A stretch of DNA of 64,000 nt, from the NCBI GenBank assembly GCA_951406725.2, contig OX597816.1, positions 23,870,001 through 23,934,000 of the forward strand, in the 5' to 3' direction. Shown in pieces: positions 25,376 to 37,959 of the stretch. Below the pieces are notes generated by a model. The model searched no databases and had not been told where the DNA came from. It saw only the letters and a program-made list of their open reading frames with translations. The stretch's first letter is position 1. Each line of letters starts with the position of its first letter. The stretch comes from Octopus vulgaris. Lineage: Eukaryota. A program made the translations under genes and the position numbers.

Positions 25376-25525
25376 AAAAGCATACGTTTTCGAGGGTGTG
25401 AATTACGATCATCTTAATAAAATTGGGGGGAAAAGTTGAGACGTTTCGGATCATCCCCACAACAATTTTTTTAACAAACCAACAAGCGACGACAGGAAAC
25501 AAACACACACACACACATGTATGTA

Positions 25526-25579
<54 letters not shown>

Positions 25580-25583
<4 letters not shown>

Positions 25584-25975
25584 CAGTATCGCCCGGCGTT
25601 GCTCGGGTTTGTAGGGAAATAACTATATAAGCATTTTTAGAGAGTTATAGCCAAAAAATAGCAAAAAAATGCATTAAAAATGGGAAAAAAATGATGGTAA
25701 ATTTTTTTTAAATCGTTGACTCATCGTAGACATTTTTAGAGAGTTACTTCCCTTATATAATAGCAAAAAAATGCATTAAAATGGAAAAAAATGATGGTAA
25801 ATTATTTTTAAAATCGTAGACTCATCGTAGACGCGCGCTAATACGCAGAAGGGCTCGATATGAATCCCGACTATAAGATACCCGGTTTTGGTTAAACTGC
25901 ACCGCAAAATGTGGGAGTAGTTAGGAATCTAAATTGTAGGAGACAGACACACAACTTGACTTTCATATATAAAGA
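25580..25975 (-). mobile_element. Complete non-autonomous Helitron in (TA)n
   Basis: 5' TCTTTATATATG at 25975; 3' CCCGAGCAACGCCGGG hairpin plus CTAA end, similar to the 6535 terminus; internal duplication of about 100 bp. Confidence 0.8.
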
Positions 25976-25978
25976 TAT

Positions 25979-26044
<66 letters not shown>

Positions 26045-26048
26045 TTAT

Positions 26049-26179
26049 AGAATAAAAGGCGGTCAGTTACTAAGTAACAAAGCTTCCTTCTTTGAGTCAA
26101 GACATCTCCAGGCATTTCTGCATTCAAGAGTGTAGCTGGATGCGTGAGCATATGAATGTGAGTACTTATATGTAATGTG

Positions 26180-26259
<80 letters not shown>

Positions 26260-26690
26260 TGGTTTAACTATCAAACTCGGAATAGATAAATTTATAATTA
26301 ATTCTTTCTACTGGAGGTACAGGGCCTGAAATTTGCGGGAAGGGATTAAGTCGATTACATCGACCCCAGTGTCTAACTGGTACTTATTTAATCGACCCCG
26401 AAAGGATGAAAGGCAAAGTCGACCTCGGCGGAATTTGAACTCAGAACGTAACGGCAGACGAAATACCTATTTCTTTACTACCCACAAGGGGATAAACACA
26501 GAGAGGACAAACAAGGACAGACAAACGGATTAAGTCGATTATATCGACCCCAGTGCGTAACTGGTACTTAATTTATCGACCCCGAAAGGATGAAAGGCAA
26601 AGTCGACCTCGGCGGAATTTGAACTCAAAACGTAGCGGCAGACGAAATACCACTAAGCATTTCGCCCGGCGTGCTAACGTTTCTGCCAGC
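26049..26690. repeat. Duplicated segment, copy 1 (copy 2 at 62662-63372), including a family B SINE dimer
   Basis: Same unique sequence, (TG)n, spacer and SINE junction in both copies. Confidence 0.9.
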
Positions 26691-26994
26691 ACTTTTCTTC
26701 CTATAAGCCATAAACCATCGACGACTTTTCTCCTCTATTCTCAACGTTGGGCTATCTTTTCTGTTTCTCTCCAGCTGGATCCCCAACTCTTTCAGCTCTG
26801 CCCCCAATATCATTTCGGATTTTATTGCACTGTGCCATGTTTCCTAAACAGAAGATCTTCATTTCCAGATTGTATTTGTTTTGAAAAATCATTGATGCTT
26901 CTGTAACTACCTTTTTTTTTTTGATGTGATGGTTATTGGCCCTACGCAAACCCATTTTTTTTACTTCTGGAAGGTGATCCATATTAGTCTACAC

Positions 26995-27444
26995 CAAGGT
27001 TCTCAACCAGAGTTCATATGGCCTCTGAGGATCCACTGAAAGGTTGCATGCAGGACGGTTTCGTCCCACTGCATGCATCTCGGGAAGGTTTGGGTATCTA
27101 AACTTCCACGCCTGAAGAACTTGTCCCGAACATGTAATGACTCATGTAGCACTGCCATGCCAAATAGCAAATGGGGATCCACAATAATATTTTAAGGACC
27201 CCTGAAAATATTTTGCTTTAGACGTATTTACTTGTATGTATTGCAAGAAAAAGCCATGTTTCTTTCTTTCACAATTTACATTGTTCAACCTTAACAAGTT
27301 CATATGTGAAAATCAAAATAGGAATTTTGAAAGAATTTTCCATAAAACTGATTTATAAACATCAAATGGCGATAGGGATCTACCAGAATAAAATAGTAAT
27401 CAAAGGGGTTCATAGATAAAAGAAAAAATGGTTGAGAACTTCTG
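26995..27444. mobile_element. hAT (Charlie-like) MITE
   Basis: CAAGGTTCTCAACCA...TGGTTGAGAACTTCTG; imperfect 8-bp TSD GTCTACAC/GTCTAGAT. Confidence 0.7.
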
Positions 27445-27457
27445 GTCTAGATTCTTT

Positions 27458-27746
27458 GGATCTTTTCACTTTGACCGGCAGATTTTTAAAATAATTTCTT
27501 TGTAACTAAACACTTTTAAACTTCGTATACTGGTAGAATGTGTTACATAAAACATCTTTTTCTATTGGCTTTCTTGAGAAAATTCTGTAGTTTGTAAGCT
27601 ATTTGTTGTTTAATTTCTTGCATTTCGGCAATTTCAACCAATCAATGACGTCTATTGAGGTGAATACAATTTCTGCCGTGGTGTGTCAACAACATTTTCT
27701 GGCGGTGTCATATTTTTAAAATCTGCCGGTCAAAGTGAAAAGATCC
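27458..27746. mobile_element. Merlin-like MITE
   Basis: 24-bp perfect TIR GGATCTTTTCACTTTGACCGGCAG; perfect 8-bp TSD GATTCTTT. Confidence 0.85.
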
Positions 27747-28317
27747 GATTCTTTCTTTTCACCTGTCCCAACGTGGCGGAGTGGGGGTACCAAAGGCTTG
27801 CGCTCCGTCGGCATAACGCTAAAGGGTCACAAAAGCACATAAGGTTTGGACTTTTGTGTCGGTTCGGACCTATTTAAGTACGTCAAATACATTCGGAAAG
27901 TGTTGGTTGACCCGGGATAACGGACATTGGGACCGAACCCGAAACAAAGTAGTGGCGAAAAGAATTTCTTAACCACACGACCAACGCCGCATCTAACAAG
28001 TATCGATCTAATACTTTATTTATCGATCCCGAAATGATAAAATGGGAAAGTTGACCTCGGTGGGATTTGAACTCGGAACGCAATCAGTACCCGGAACAAA
28101 TAACACGAAGCATTTTATCCGACGTTCATACGACTCTGCACACACACAAACACACATACTCTTTTACTCTTTTACTTGTTTCAGTCATTTGACTGTGGCC
28201 ATGCTGGAGCACCGCCTTTAGTCGAGCAAATCGACCCCAGGACTTATACACACACACACATATATGTATATATATGAGTGTATGCGTGCATATATGGGTA
28301 TGTGCACGTGTATATAT

Positions 28318-28545
28318 CTATTTCTTTACTACCCACAAGGGGCTAAACACAGAGAGGACTAACAAGGACAGAAAAACGGATTAAGTCGATTATATCGACC
28401 CCAGTGGGTAACTGGTACTTAATTTATCGCCCCCGAAAGGATGAAAGGCAAAGTCAACCCCGGCGGAATTTGAACTCAGAACGTAGCGGCAGACGAAATA
28501 CGGCTACGCATTTCGCCGGGCGTGCTAACGTTTCTGCCAGCTCGC
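28318..28545 (-). mobile_element. Family B SINE monomer, Tx1-type tail
   Basis: Full head to AAAGAAATAG|ATATA. Confidence 0.9.
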
Positions 28546-28578
28546 ACGTGTATATATATTTTTGTGTGTATAGATAGA

Positions 28579-28604
28579 TATGTTTCTTTATTAGCCACAC
28601 AGGG

Positions 28605-28689
<85 letters not shown>

Positions 28690-29012
28690 GGTAGACAGAT
28701 AGATATGTTTCTTTATTAGCCACACAGGGCTGCACACAGACAGGACAAAATTACAAGGTAGAGCTTTTCTTTTGGGGGGTAAAAGAAGGGGGTTTGGTTT
28801 TCGATCAAAAGGGATCGTAAATGGAAAGAAAGAGGACAAAAAAAGGGGGAGGGGATAAGATAAAAATAAAAAAAGGGGGGAGGGATTTGATCAATAGGGA
28901 TCGTTATCACAGAAATGTCAATATGAAGTATAAAGGGGAGTACAGGTGAGGTTTACCCGTGGAAAGAAAAGCCTACGGAAAAGACCACGGTAACCTCGGT
29001 CAATGAAGTCAC
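28579..29012 (-). mobile_element. Two Tx1-like LINE 3' ends, each next to GATA repeats
   Basis: gatagatagat-ATGTTTCTTTATTAGCCACACAGGGC at 28579 and 28704. Confidence 0.8.
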
Positions 29013-29014
29013 AT

Positions 29015-29420
29015 ACTCTTTTACTCTTTTACTTGTTTCAGTCATTTGACTGCGGCCATGCTGGAGCACCGCCTTTAGTCGAGCAAATCGACCCCGGAAC
29101 TTATTCTTTGTAAGCCCAGGACTTATTCTATCGGTCTCTTTTGCCGAACCGCTAAGTTACGGGGACGTAAACACACCAGCATTGATTGTCAGGCAATGCT
29201 AGTGGGACAAACACAGACACACAAACACACACACACATACATATAAATATACATACATATATACGACGGGCTCCTTTCAGTTTCCGTCTACCAAATCCAC
29301 TCACAAGGCATTGGTCGGCCCGGGGCTATAGCAGAAGACACTTGCCCAAGATGCCACGCAGTGGGACTGAACCCGGAACCATGTGGTTGGTTAGCAAGCT
29401 CCTTACCACACAGCCACTTC
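29015..29420 (-). mobile_element. Family A SINE
   Basis: As above. Confidence 0.9.
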
Positions 29421-29614
29421 TTTATATTTCTTTTTTTTTTTTTTTTTTTTTTGCAAATAAGCAACTCTCTGTATTAGACAGATAGATAGACAGATAGACA
29501 TATAGATAGACAGATAGACAGATTTGGCCGCGGTAACTTAAAACAGTTAAAGAACTTAGGAACATCTGCAAATAAACAAACTTTAAGGAACGCACGTATA
29601 TATACATTAACACA

Positions 29615-29656
<42 letters not shown>

Positions 29657-30009
29657 CCTTCATATACACGTGCATATAAACTTATAAGCAAATATTTTCC
29701 ACCGCCACGAAGTTCTATATATATCTCCGCCTCGTCTTTTAAATGCCGCTTACCGACATCTCTTCCCTATTCTCTCTCTCTCTCTTTTTCCCTCCCTCCT
29801 CCTCCTAACCATTCAGACCGACCTCACACAGATCTCAACTCGATTCAGTCAGTCGACGCCTGCTACCCCCAAAACATGTTACAACAACGTTTCTAAACAG
29901 AAACGACTTTTTACTTCTTGTTCTTTCATTACTACTACTGCTACTACTACTAATATTATTTTCTAATTTTGGCATAAGTCCTGTAGTTTTCGTTTTTGTT
30001 TGTTTTTAA

Positions 30010-31015
30010 GATGAGGCGGGTAGTCGATTACATCGACCCCGGGTGCTTGACTAGTACTTTATTTTATCGACTGCAAAAAAGACGAATGACAAAGTTGGCC
30101 CCGACAGAATTTGAACTCAGAACGTAAAACTAGAATGAATACGTAGGGAGGCTGATTGGCAGAATCGGTAGAGCGTCGAAAACAAATGCTGTGTGGTATT
30201 TGTTCTGGATCTTGACGTTCTGCGTTCAAATCTCGCCGAGGTCAGGTTTGTCTTTTATCTTTCCGGGAACCAATAAAACGAACCAATTACTTGGGATCGA
30301 TGGTAACAAGTGACCCCATTCCTCTCAAAACTTCTGTCATTGGGACTAAATTTAGCATTTCGTCCGGCGCAGTAGCGATTCTGCCAACACGCCGTCTTAT
30401 TAATAACCCTTTTTACTATAGACACAAGGCTTGAACATTTTGTCAGGGTGGGGCTAGTAAATTACAGTACTTAACTGGTACTTCGACCAAGAAAGAATGA
30501 AAGACAAAGTTGACCTCGGCGGAATTTGAACTCAGAACGTAAAGACGGACGAAATGCCGCTAAACTTTTCGCCCGGCGTGCTAAAGTTTCCGCCAGCTTG
30601 CCACCTTAATAATAAACCTTTCTATTATAGGCACAAGACGTGAAATTTGGGGGAAGGAGGAAAAACGATCACATCGACCCCAGCAGTTCACTGGTATTTA
30701 ATTTATGGGTCCCCAAATGATGAAGGCAAAGTCGACCTTGGCGGAATTTGAACTCAGAACGTAGCGGCAGACGAAATGCCTATTTCTTTACTAACCCACA
30801 AGGGGCTAAACACAGAGGAGACAAACAAGGACAGACAAAGGGATTAAGTCGATTATATCGACCCCAGTGCGTAACTGGTACTTATTTAATCGACCCCGAA
30901 AGGAGGAAAGGCAAAGTCGACCTCGGCGGAATTTGAACTCAGAACGTAACGGCAGACGAAATTCGGCTACGCATTTCGACCGGCGTGCTAACATTTCTGC
31001 CAGCTCGCCGCCTTA
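30010..31015. mobile_element. Cluster of family B SINEs in both orientations
   Basis: Repeated GAATTTGAACTCAGAACG / GTTCAAAT B-box units. Confidence 0.85.
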
Positions 31016-31119
31016 ATATTAATAATAATACTAGAAATAATAATAGTCCTTTCTACTGGAAGCACAAGGCCTGCATTTTTTGTGGGCGGGGTGGACTCGA
31101 TTACATCAACACCAGTACT

Positions 31120-31358
31120 TGACTTTTTACTCTTTACTCTACCCTTTTATTTGTTTCAGTCATTTGCCTGTGACCATGCCGGAGCACCGAATTTAGTCGA
31201 GCAAATCGACCCCAGGACTTATTCTTTGTAAGCCTAGTACTTATTTTATCGCTCTCTTTTGCCAAACCGCTATGTTACGGGGACGTAAACACACCAGCAT
31301 CGATTATCAAGCGATGTTGGGGGGACAAACACAGACACACAAACATATATACACACGC

Positions 31359-31397
<39 letters not shown>

Positions 31398-31562
31398 CGA
31401 CGGGCTTCTTTCAGTTTCCGTCTACCAAATCCACTCACAAAGCTTTGGTCGGCCCGAGGCTATAGTAGAAGACACTTGCACAAGGTGCCACGCAGTGGGA
31501 TTGAAAGCGGAACCATGTGGTTGGTAAGCAAGTTATTTACCACACAGCCACTCCTACGCCTA
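31120..31562 (-). mobile_element. Family A SINE, full length, abutting the U6 copy
   Basis: Head AGGCGTAGGAGTGGCTGTGTGG begins about 3 nt after the U6 T-run on the minus strand. Confidence 0.9.
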
Positions 31563-31564
31563 CT

Positions 31565-31656
31565 AAAAATATATGGAAAACTTCACGAATTTGCGTGTCA
31601 TCCTTGCGCAGGGGCCATACTAATCTTCTCTGTATCGCTCCAATTTTAGTATATGT
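31565..31656 (-). pseudogene. U6: U6 snRNA pseudogene lacking the 5' stem-loop
   Basis: ACATATACTAAAATTGGAgCGATACAGAGAAGATTAGtATGGCCCCTGCGCAAGGATGACACGCAAATTCGTGAAG...CCATATATTTTT; ACAGAGA box intact, AGC triad mutated to AGT. Confidence 0.95.
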
Positions 31657-33019
31657 CCCTTTTTTTTCTTAAAGATAATTGTAAACAGTGACGGAAACCA
31701 CAAAAATCCGAATTTGAACCTCTAACATACATTTCAAATTCCACCAATGTCGACTTCGTTTTTCAAAGATAATACTTTCAAATTTTATCCCAGTGACAGA
31801 AGTTTTGAAGGGAGGAAGTCACTTGGTACCATCGATCCCCAGCAATTGACTGATACATCATTTTATTGGTTCCCGGAAAGATAAAAGACAAACCTGACTC
31901 GGCCAGATTTGAACGCAGAACGTAAAGATCCAGAACAAATACCACACAGCATTTTTTCCGACGCTATAACGATTCTGCCAATCAGCCTCCCTAAGTATGC
32001 CTTTCTATTATAGGCACAAAGCAGGGAACCTTGGGGAGGAGGGAAATTACACCGACCCCAGTGCACAACTGGTTCATATTTTATCGACCCTGAAAGAAGT
32101 CGACCTCGGCGGAATTTGAACTCAGAACGTAAAGACGGATAAAATGCCGCTAAGCATTTTGTCCGGCGTGCTAGCAATTCTGAAGAAAGTGGGTTAGTTA
32201 GTAAATTATATCGACCTCAGTAAGTAGATGGGACATTATTTTATCGACCCTGGAAGGATAAAAGGCAAAGATGGTCTCGTTGAGATTTGAACCCAGAACG
32301 TGAAGAAGAATAAGAAGAAGAAGAAGAACAACAACAACAACAACAACAACAAGAGAAGGAGGAGGGAAGGGGTGAGAAGATGATGACGAAGGAGAAGAAG
32401 AAGAAGAACAACAACTAACATGATAATATTCCCCATCATCAATTCTTCCAACATATTGTTCTCTTTAGACAGTGGGGATGGGGAGTTCTTCGTGTTTGGG
32501 TGTGGGGTTAGTATTTTCTTTTTTCTTTTTACGATTCTAGACCCCTTTTTACCCAATTCTAGACCCTACCACCGAAATGATTGTTCCATATGTTCTAAGA
32601 AGCCCTTCGTCAGATTGTCAAAATGATCATCTTCAATGCAATTAGATGCCGGTATCATTTCAAAAGACGCAAAACCATTGGTTTTACTTTACATTAGTGT
32701 AACCAGGTACAGAACATATAATACAATCATGAGGATTTTGCTGTATGTATTTATAGAAAAAAACCGACAAATGACATATACACGCTAGCAAAAAATTATA
32801 TTACAATATGACTATGATTCATATGTTTTAGATTATTGAATCGGTACATTTACTGCTTACCCATTAGTTTTATTACAAAAAACAAAGAAGTTTTGTACTT
32901 TTTTTTGTGTACATGCATCTTGATGTCTAGACAACGCCGAGGCCAGATGTAGTTGTGTGGTCTGAAAAGGCAAAGAAAATAATCCTGATAGAGCTTAAAG
33001 CCCCGTGAGAAACTAGGTG

Positions 33020-33350
33020 CGATCGTGCCTTTGAATGGAAGCATGCCAAGTACGAGAGCCCTTTTTCAGGATTGTAGGGAGAAGGGATGGCAGTTAATAG
33101 ATTGGTTTGCAGGGGATGCCTTGCCTAGTCAGTATGGAGAACGTTTACATCCATTGGAAGAAGAGAGGAAAAGCGAAATGTAGCCGTGCGCAAGATGGAA
33201 GCGGCAACAGAAAAAGCTTTCTTGTTGGTGGTGGTGGAGCAAGAGAGAGGAAACCAAAAAATGAGTAGTGATTTGGCCACCACTGCTGAACCATCAACGG
33301 GAGGGTGCTACGGTTCAGGGTCGAAACGCCCAAGGATCGTTGGATACTAT
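33020..33350 (+). mobile_element. HERO-like RLE LINE 3' remnant
   Basis: Fragments KYE, DCREKGW, VCRG, ATEKAS and WWSKRE. Confidence 0.55.
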
Positions 33351-33354
33351 CTAA

Positions 33355-33587
33355 TAAATGTTCCTTCTCGAGCCATGCCAGGCTCATAAGGGCCGGTTTC
33401 CCTGTTTCAGAGGCGTAGAAATTCCCCACCTGGACGGGATGCCGGTCCGTCGCAGGATTACTCCCTTTTGCCAGCTGAGTGGAATGGAACAACGTGAAAA
33501 GGAAGTGTTTTGCCCGGTCCAGGAATCGAAACCACAACCTTACGATCATGACTTCAACACCCTAACCACTAAGCCACGCGCCTCCAC
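33355..33587 (-). mobile_element. Family C SINE with TSD TGGATACTATCTA
   Basis: 13-bp direct repeats at about 33341 and 33588. Confidence 0.85.
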
Positions 33588-33987
33588 TGGATACTATCTA
33601 GTGACATTAATTCCTCCCGGTCAAAGCTACATTCACCAAAAGTGAATGAAGAAGTAGCATCTTTTAGATGCTATCATAACACAGACTATGGCGACGAGCT
33701 GGCGGAATCGTTACCGTGTTGGGCAAAATGCTTAACAGCGTTTCGTCTGTTTTAACGTTCTGAGTTCAAATCCCGTCGAGGATTTTCCGTTCATCAAAAT
33801 TCCGTTCATCCTTTCTGGGTTGATAAAATAAGTACCAGCTGAGTACTAGGCTCGGTGTAATCGATTTACCTACTACCCGCTGGCCTTGTGCCAAAATTTG
33901 AATCCAATATCATAGCACCGACTCTTCCTAATTCAAAAATGTTGAATCGGGGTGTTAATTACTGACAAGGTTACTTGAATATTATCT

Positions 33988-34762
33988 GGAGGCGCGTGGC
34001 TTAGTGGTTAGGGTGTCAGCATCATGATCGAAAGATTGTGGTTTCGATTCCTCGACTGGGCGACGCGTTGTGTTCTTGAGCAAAACACTTCATTTCACGT
34101 TGCTCCAGTCCACTCAGCTGGCAAAAATGAGTAACGCTGCGATGGACTGGCGTCCCGTCCAGCAGGGGAACACATATGCCATAGAAACCGGGAAACCGAG
34201 CCCATGAGCCTGGCTAGGCTTTAAAAAGGGTGCATTTATTTTTTACTTTATTTACTTGTATGTTATCCGAGATATCAACTGGATTTTTCGCTCTGATTCT
34301 AAGTTCATTAATGTTGAGAATCTTAATTCAGATCGATGCGTAGTTGTGAAAGGAACTAGATCCCTCCTTTGACTTTATTACCAAGCTTAATTAATCTTTG
34401 ATATGATATGCTGATGCTGCTGTTGAGATCCCCTTCGGTCATAACTGACCGTGGGATTGCACCTAGAAAGTTACCTTCCTAGGCACAAGTCCGGGCAAGG
34501 TTGTTTATGGAAGACCTACAGTCGCCCATGCATACCAGTCTCCCCTCTCCACGCCACCAGTGTTATCCAAGGAAAGGCAAAGGGGCCGATACAGCTTGGC
34601 ACCTGTGATGTCGCAATTCATTTCTACAGCTGAGTGAACTGGAGCAACGTGAAATAAAGTGTCTTACTCAAGAGCACAACACGCAGCCCGGTCCGGGATT
34701 CGAGCTCACGACCTCACGATCGTAAGCTCGACGGCTCTAACCACTGAACCATGCGCCTTCAC
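33988..34762. mobile_element. Two convergent family C SINEs (33988-34250 +, 34424-34762 -) with different tails
   Basis: Shared head and core, divergent 3' modules. Confidence 0.85.
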
Positions 34763-35074
34763 AATCTTCGATCTACTCAAACAAAAATTACTCAATATCC
34801 AGGATAGTCATTTCGAAATAAGCATTCCTTCGGGGGTTTTTTTCTTTCTTTTTTTTTCTTTTAATTCTTAGAAATTTAATCAACTCATTCTCTGTTATAC
34901 CGTTGCTATTCATCGCAGACACACCAAACAAGAAAGAATTTTGGATCTATAGAATTTCTATTCTAATCCAAAAACTGAGAAGTATTCTTCACAATTGGTA
35001 CTTAGAATTTTCATATGGTTCTTCGCTTCTTGAAAATTTCTACATATAATGTTTTAGCTCCTCCACTTAGGATA

Positions 35075-35470
35075 TCTGTTTCTTTACTACCAACAAGGGG
35101 CTAAACACAGAGAGGACAAACAAGGACAGACAAACGGATTAAGTCGATTACACCGACCCCAGTGCATAACTGGTACTTATTTAATAGACCCCGAAAGGAT
35201 GAAAGGTAAAGTCGACCTCGGCGGAATTTGAACTCAGAAATACCTATTTCTTTACTACTCACAAGGGAATAAACACAGAGAGGACAAACAAAGACAGACA
35301 AACGGATTAAGTCGATTGCATCGACCCCAGTGCGTAACTGGTACTTAATTTGTCGACCCCGAAAGGATGAAAGGCAAAATCGACCACGGCGGAATTTGAA
35401 CTCAGTACGTAACGGCAGACGAAATACGGCTACGCATTTCGCCCGGCGTGCTAACGTTTCTGCCAGCTCG
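35075..35470 (-). mobile_element. Family B SINE dimer
   Basis: Two units, one head. Confidence 0.9.
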
Positions 35471-35701
35471 GATATCGACTTAGGATATCGACTAAGATTG
35501 GAACGTTTGCTTGATTTCCGTTTTCAAGATGGAATAACTATGTTGAAAATCTCATACTTGTAACAAGCTTTTCTTTTGTCATAAATATTGTTCACATCCT
35601 TTCCCCGCATCGATATATTCAAATCAGTGAGGATATTAGAAATATCAGCCGAAACGGTTGAAATATTAAGGATACAGATGCATTCAATTTGTTCCGCAAA
35701 A

Positions 35702-35930
35702 TAACTTACAATATTGCTTGAATCACAGAAGCTAAGATCAGAAATGGAATTTCAAATTAAATTACAGATATAAACTGTTATAGTAATTATATGAATAAAT
35801 ATTTGGCAATTATAAACTTACAATATTGCTCGAATCACAGAAGCTAACTTTAGAAATGGAATTTCAAATTGAATTACAGATATGAGCTGTTATTGCAATT
35901 ATATGAATAAATATCTGGTAATTATAACAA
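35702..35930. repeat. Tandem duplication of a unit of about 114 bp
   Basis: TTACAATATTGCTyGAATCACAGAAGCTAA...GAATAAATAT occurs twice. Confidence 0.85.
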
Positions 35931-36857
35931 CAATATTTCTTTTAGGCGGCGCAGGAATGGCTTTGTGGTTAACAAACTCGCTTTGCAACCATGTGGTACC
36001 TTGGGCAAGTGTTTTCTTCTATAGCTCCTAGGTGACCAATGCCTTGTGAGTGAATTTGGTAGTCGGAAACTGTATGGAAGCCTGTCATGTATATGTGTGT
36101 GCGTGTGTATTTAAGTGTGGGGGGATGTATTTTTGCGGTTGTGTTTGTCCCCGCCACCGCTGGATATCAGGTGTTAGTTTGTTTACGTCCTCGTGACTTA
36201 GCGGTTCAGTAAAAGATACAGGAAGAATAAGTACCAGACTTTAAAAATTAGTACTGGGGTTCGACTAAACCAGGGTTGGGGAAACTTTTTAGTGCGGCGG
36301 GCAAAAATTTCCTAAGAAAAAGGTCTACGGGCGGATCACAAGTTCTAATTCTTATATCTGTGTAAATCTTGTATATATCTATTTCTTTACTAACCATATG
36401 GGGCTAAACACAGAGAGGACAAACAAGGACAGACAAACGGATTAAGTCGATTATATCGATCCCCAGTGCGTAACTGGTACTTATTTAATCGACCCCGAAA
36501 GCATGAAAGGCAAAGTCGACCTCGGCGGAATTTGAAATCAGAACGTAACGGCAGACGAAATAGTGCTAAGCATTTCGCCCGGCGTGCTAACGTTTCTGCC
36601 AGCTCGCCGCCTTCTGATGTTCAAGATACAGTCTAGTAAATCTTGTATATATCATCATCATCATCATCCTAGTTAGGTGTCGCACTATGCGATTCTGTGG
36701 TCATCACGAGGTCTTGCCACCTTCTCCCGTCCTCTACGCCATGGACAGCTGAGAATAAAGACAATCCTGTGGCTGCGATGTCTTTCAGCCAAGAAGTGGG
36801 TGGTCTTCCTCTTTTACGTCTGCCGTTCACCTTGCCAGTTATGATCGCTCGCTCAAG

Positions 36858-37326
36858 TCATCAAATCTAAGTAGAGATTTCAAACTTCAAATCTTCAAAG
36901 CCACAGTCGAACCAATTCTACTATATGGCTCAGAAACCTGGACGTTATCAAAGAAGTTTGAGAGGTGGTTGGATGGAACTTACACTCGCCTCTTTATGAG
37001 AGCTCAAAATCTCTCGTGGAAGAGTCATCCAACCAAAGTACAAATATATGGGAAACTACCACCTGTATCATCTCTTGTGAAAGGTAGAAGGGTCCAGTTT
37101 GCTGGACATTGTTATAGAGCTGAAAACGAGGTAATTTCTACTCTTCTCCTCTGGAAGCCATCTGCTCGCGATACCAGAGGGCGCACACTCTCCTACCCTG
37201 ATGTAATCTCCAGGGATCAGGCATCCAGCGATAGGACCTCTACACTGCTATGATGGACCGTGAAGTCTGGCGTAACATAGTAAATTCCATTGTCTCGACC
37301 ACGATCGAACAATGATGATGATGATG
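36858..37326 (+). mobile_element. Second RTE-clade LINE 3' fragment, nested and inverted
   Basis: FKATVEPILLYGSETWTL...LDGTYTRLFMRAQNLSWKSHPT...QFAGHCYR; (GAT)n tail. Confidence 0.9.
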
Positions 37327-37582
37327 CATGACGTGGCCAAAGAACCGTAGCTTCTGCTTCATGATGTTTCGCCGAAGCGTCATCTCGCAACCGAGCTTTT
37401 CTAGCACCCAGTTGTTCGTCCTTCTCTCCGTCCACGACACTCTAAGGATTCTGCGGTAACACCACATTTCAAAAGCGCTCACTTTTTTCTCGTCTGCCTT
37501 CAGCATTGTCCACGACTCGCAGCCGTACGTCGTAATAGAGAAAGCGGCAGCCCGAAGTAGCCTTATCTTCAGCAGCATTGAC

Positions 37583-37959
37583 AGGAGGCGCAATGGTCCA
37601 GTGGTTAGGGCAGCGGACATGCGGTCGGAGGATCGCGGTTTCGATTCCCAGAACGGGCGTTGTGTGTGTTTATTGAGCGAAAACACCTAAAGCTCAACGA
37701 GGCTCCAGCAGGAGGGGGGGCGACCCCTGTTGTACTCTTTTGCCCCAACTTTCTCTCACTCTTTCTTCCTGTTTCTTGTCCCCGACTTCCTACGCAACCG
37801 CTGAGACTGGACGCGCATTCATCCATCCGTCGATGCTCTCGGTGTCGGGGGTTGACTTGCTTTCTCTTCTGCGGATCTTACGAAAAGCAAAGGACCACGT
37901 TTCGGAATCCTCCCACTACTGGGACGAAGACCGCTTCGCTCAACAAACAAACAAACAAC
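37583..37959 (+). mobile_element. Family D SINE with (CAAA)n tail, nested in the RTE
   Basis: tRNA-like head; TSD CAGCATyGAC. Confidence 0.85.

Noticed and set aside
31565-31656. Functional U6 gene
   Set aside because: 5' stem-loop missing, AGC triad mutated, no recognisable upstream promoter
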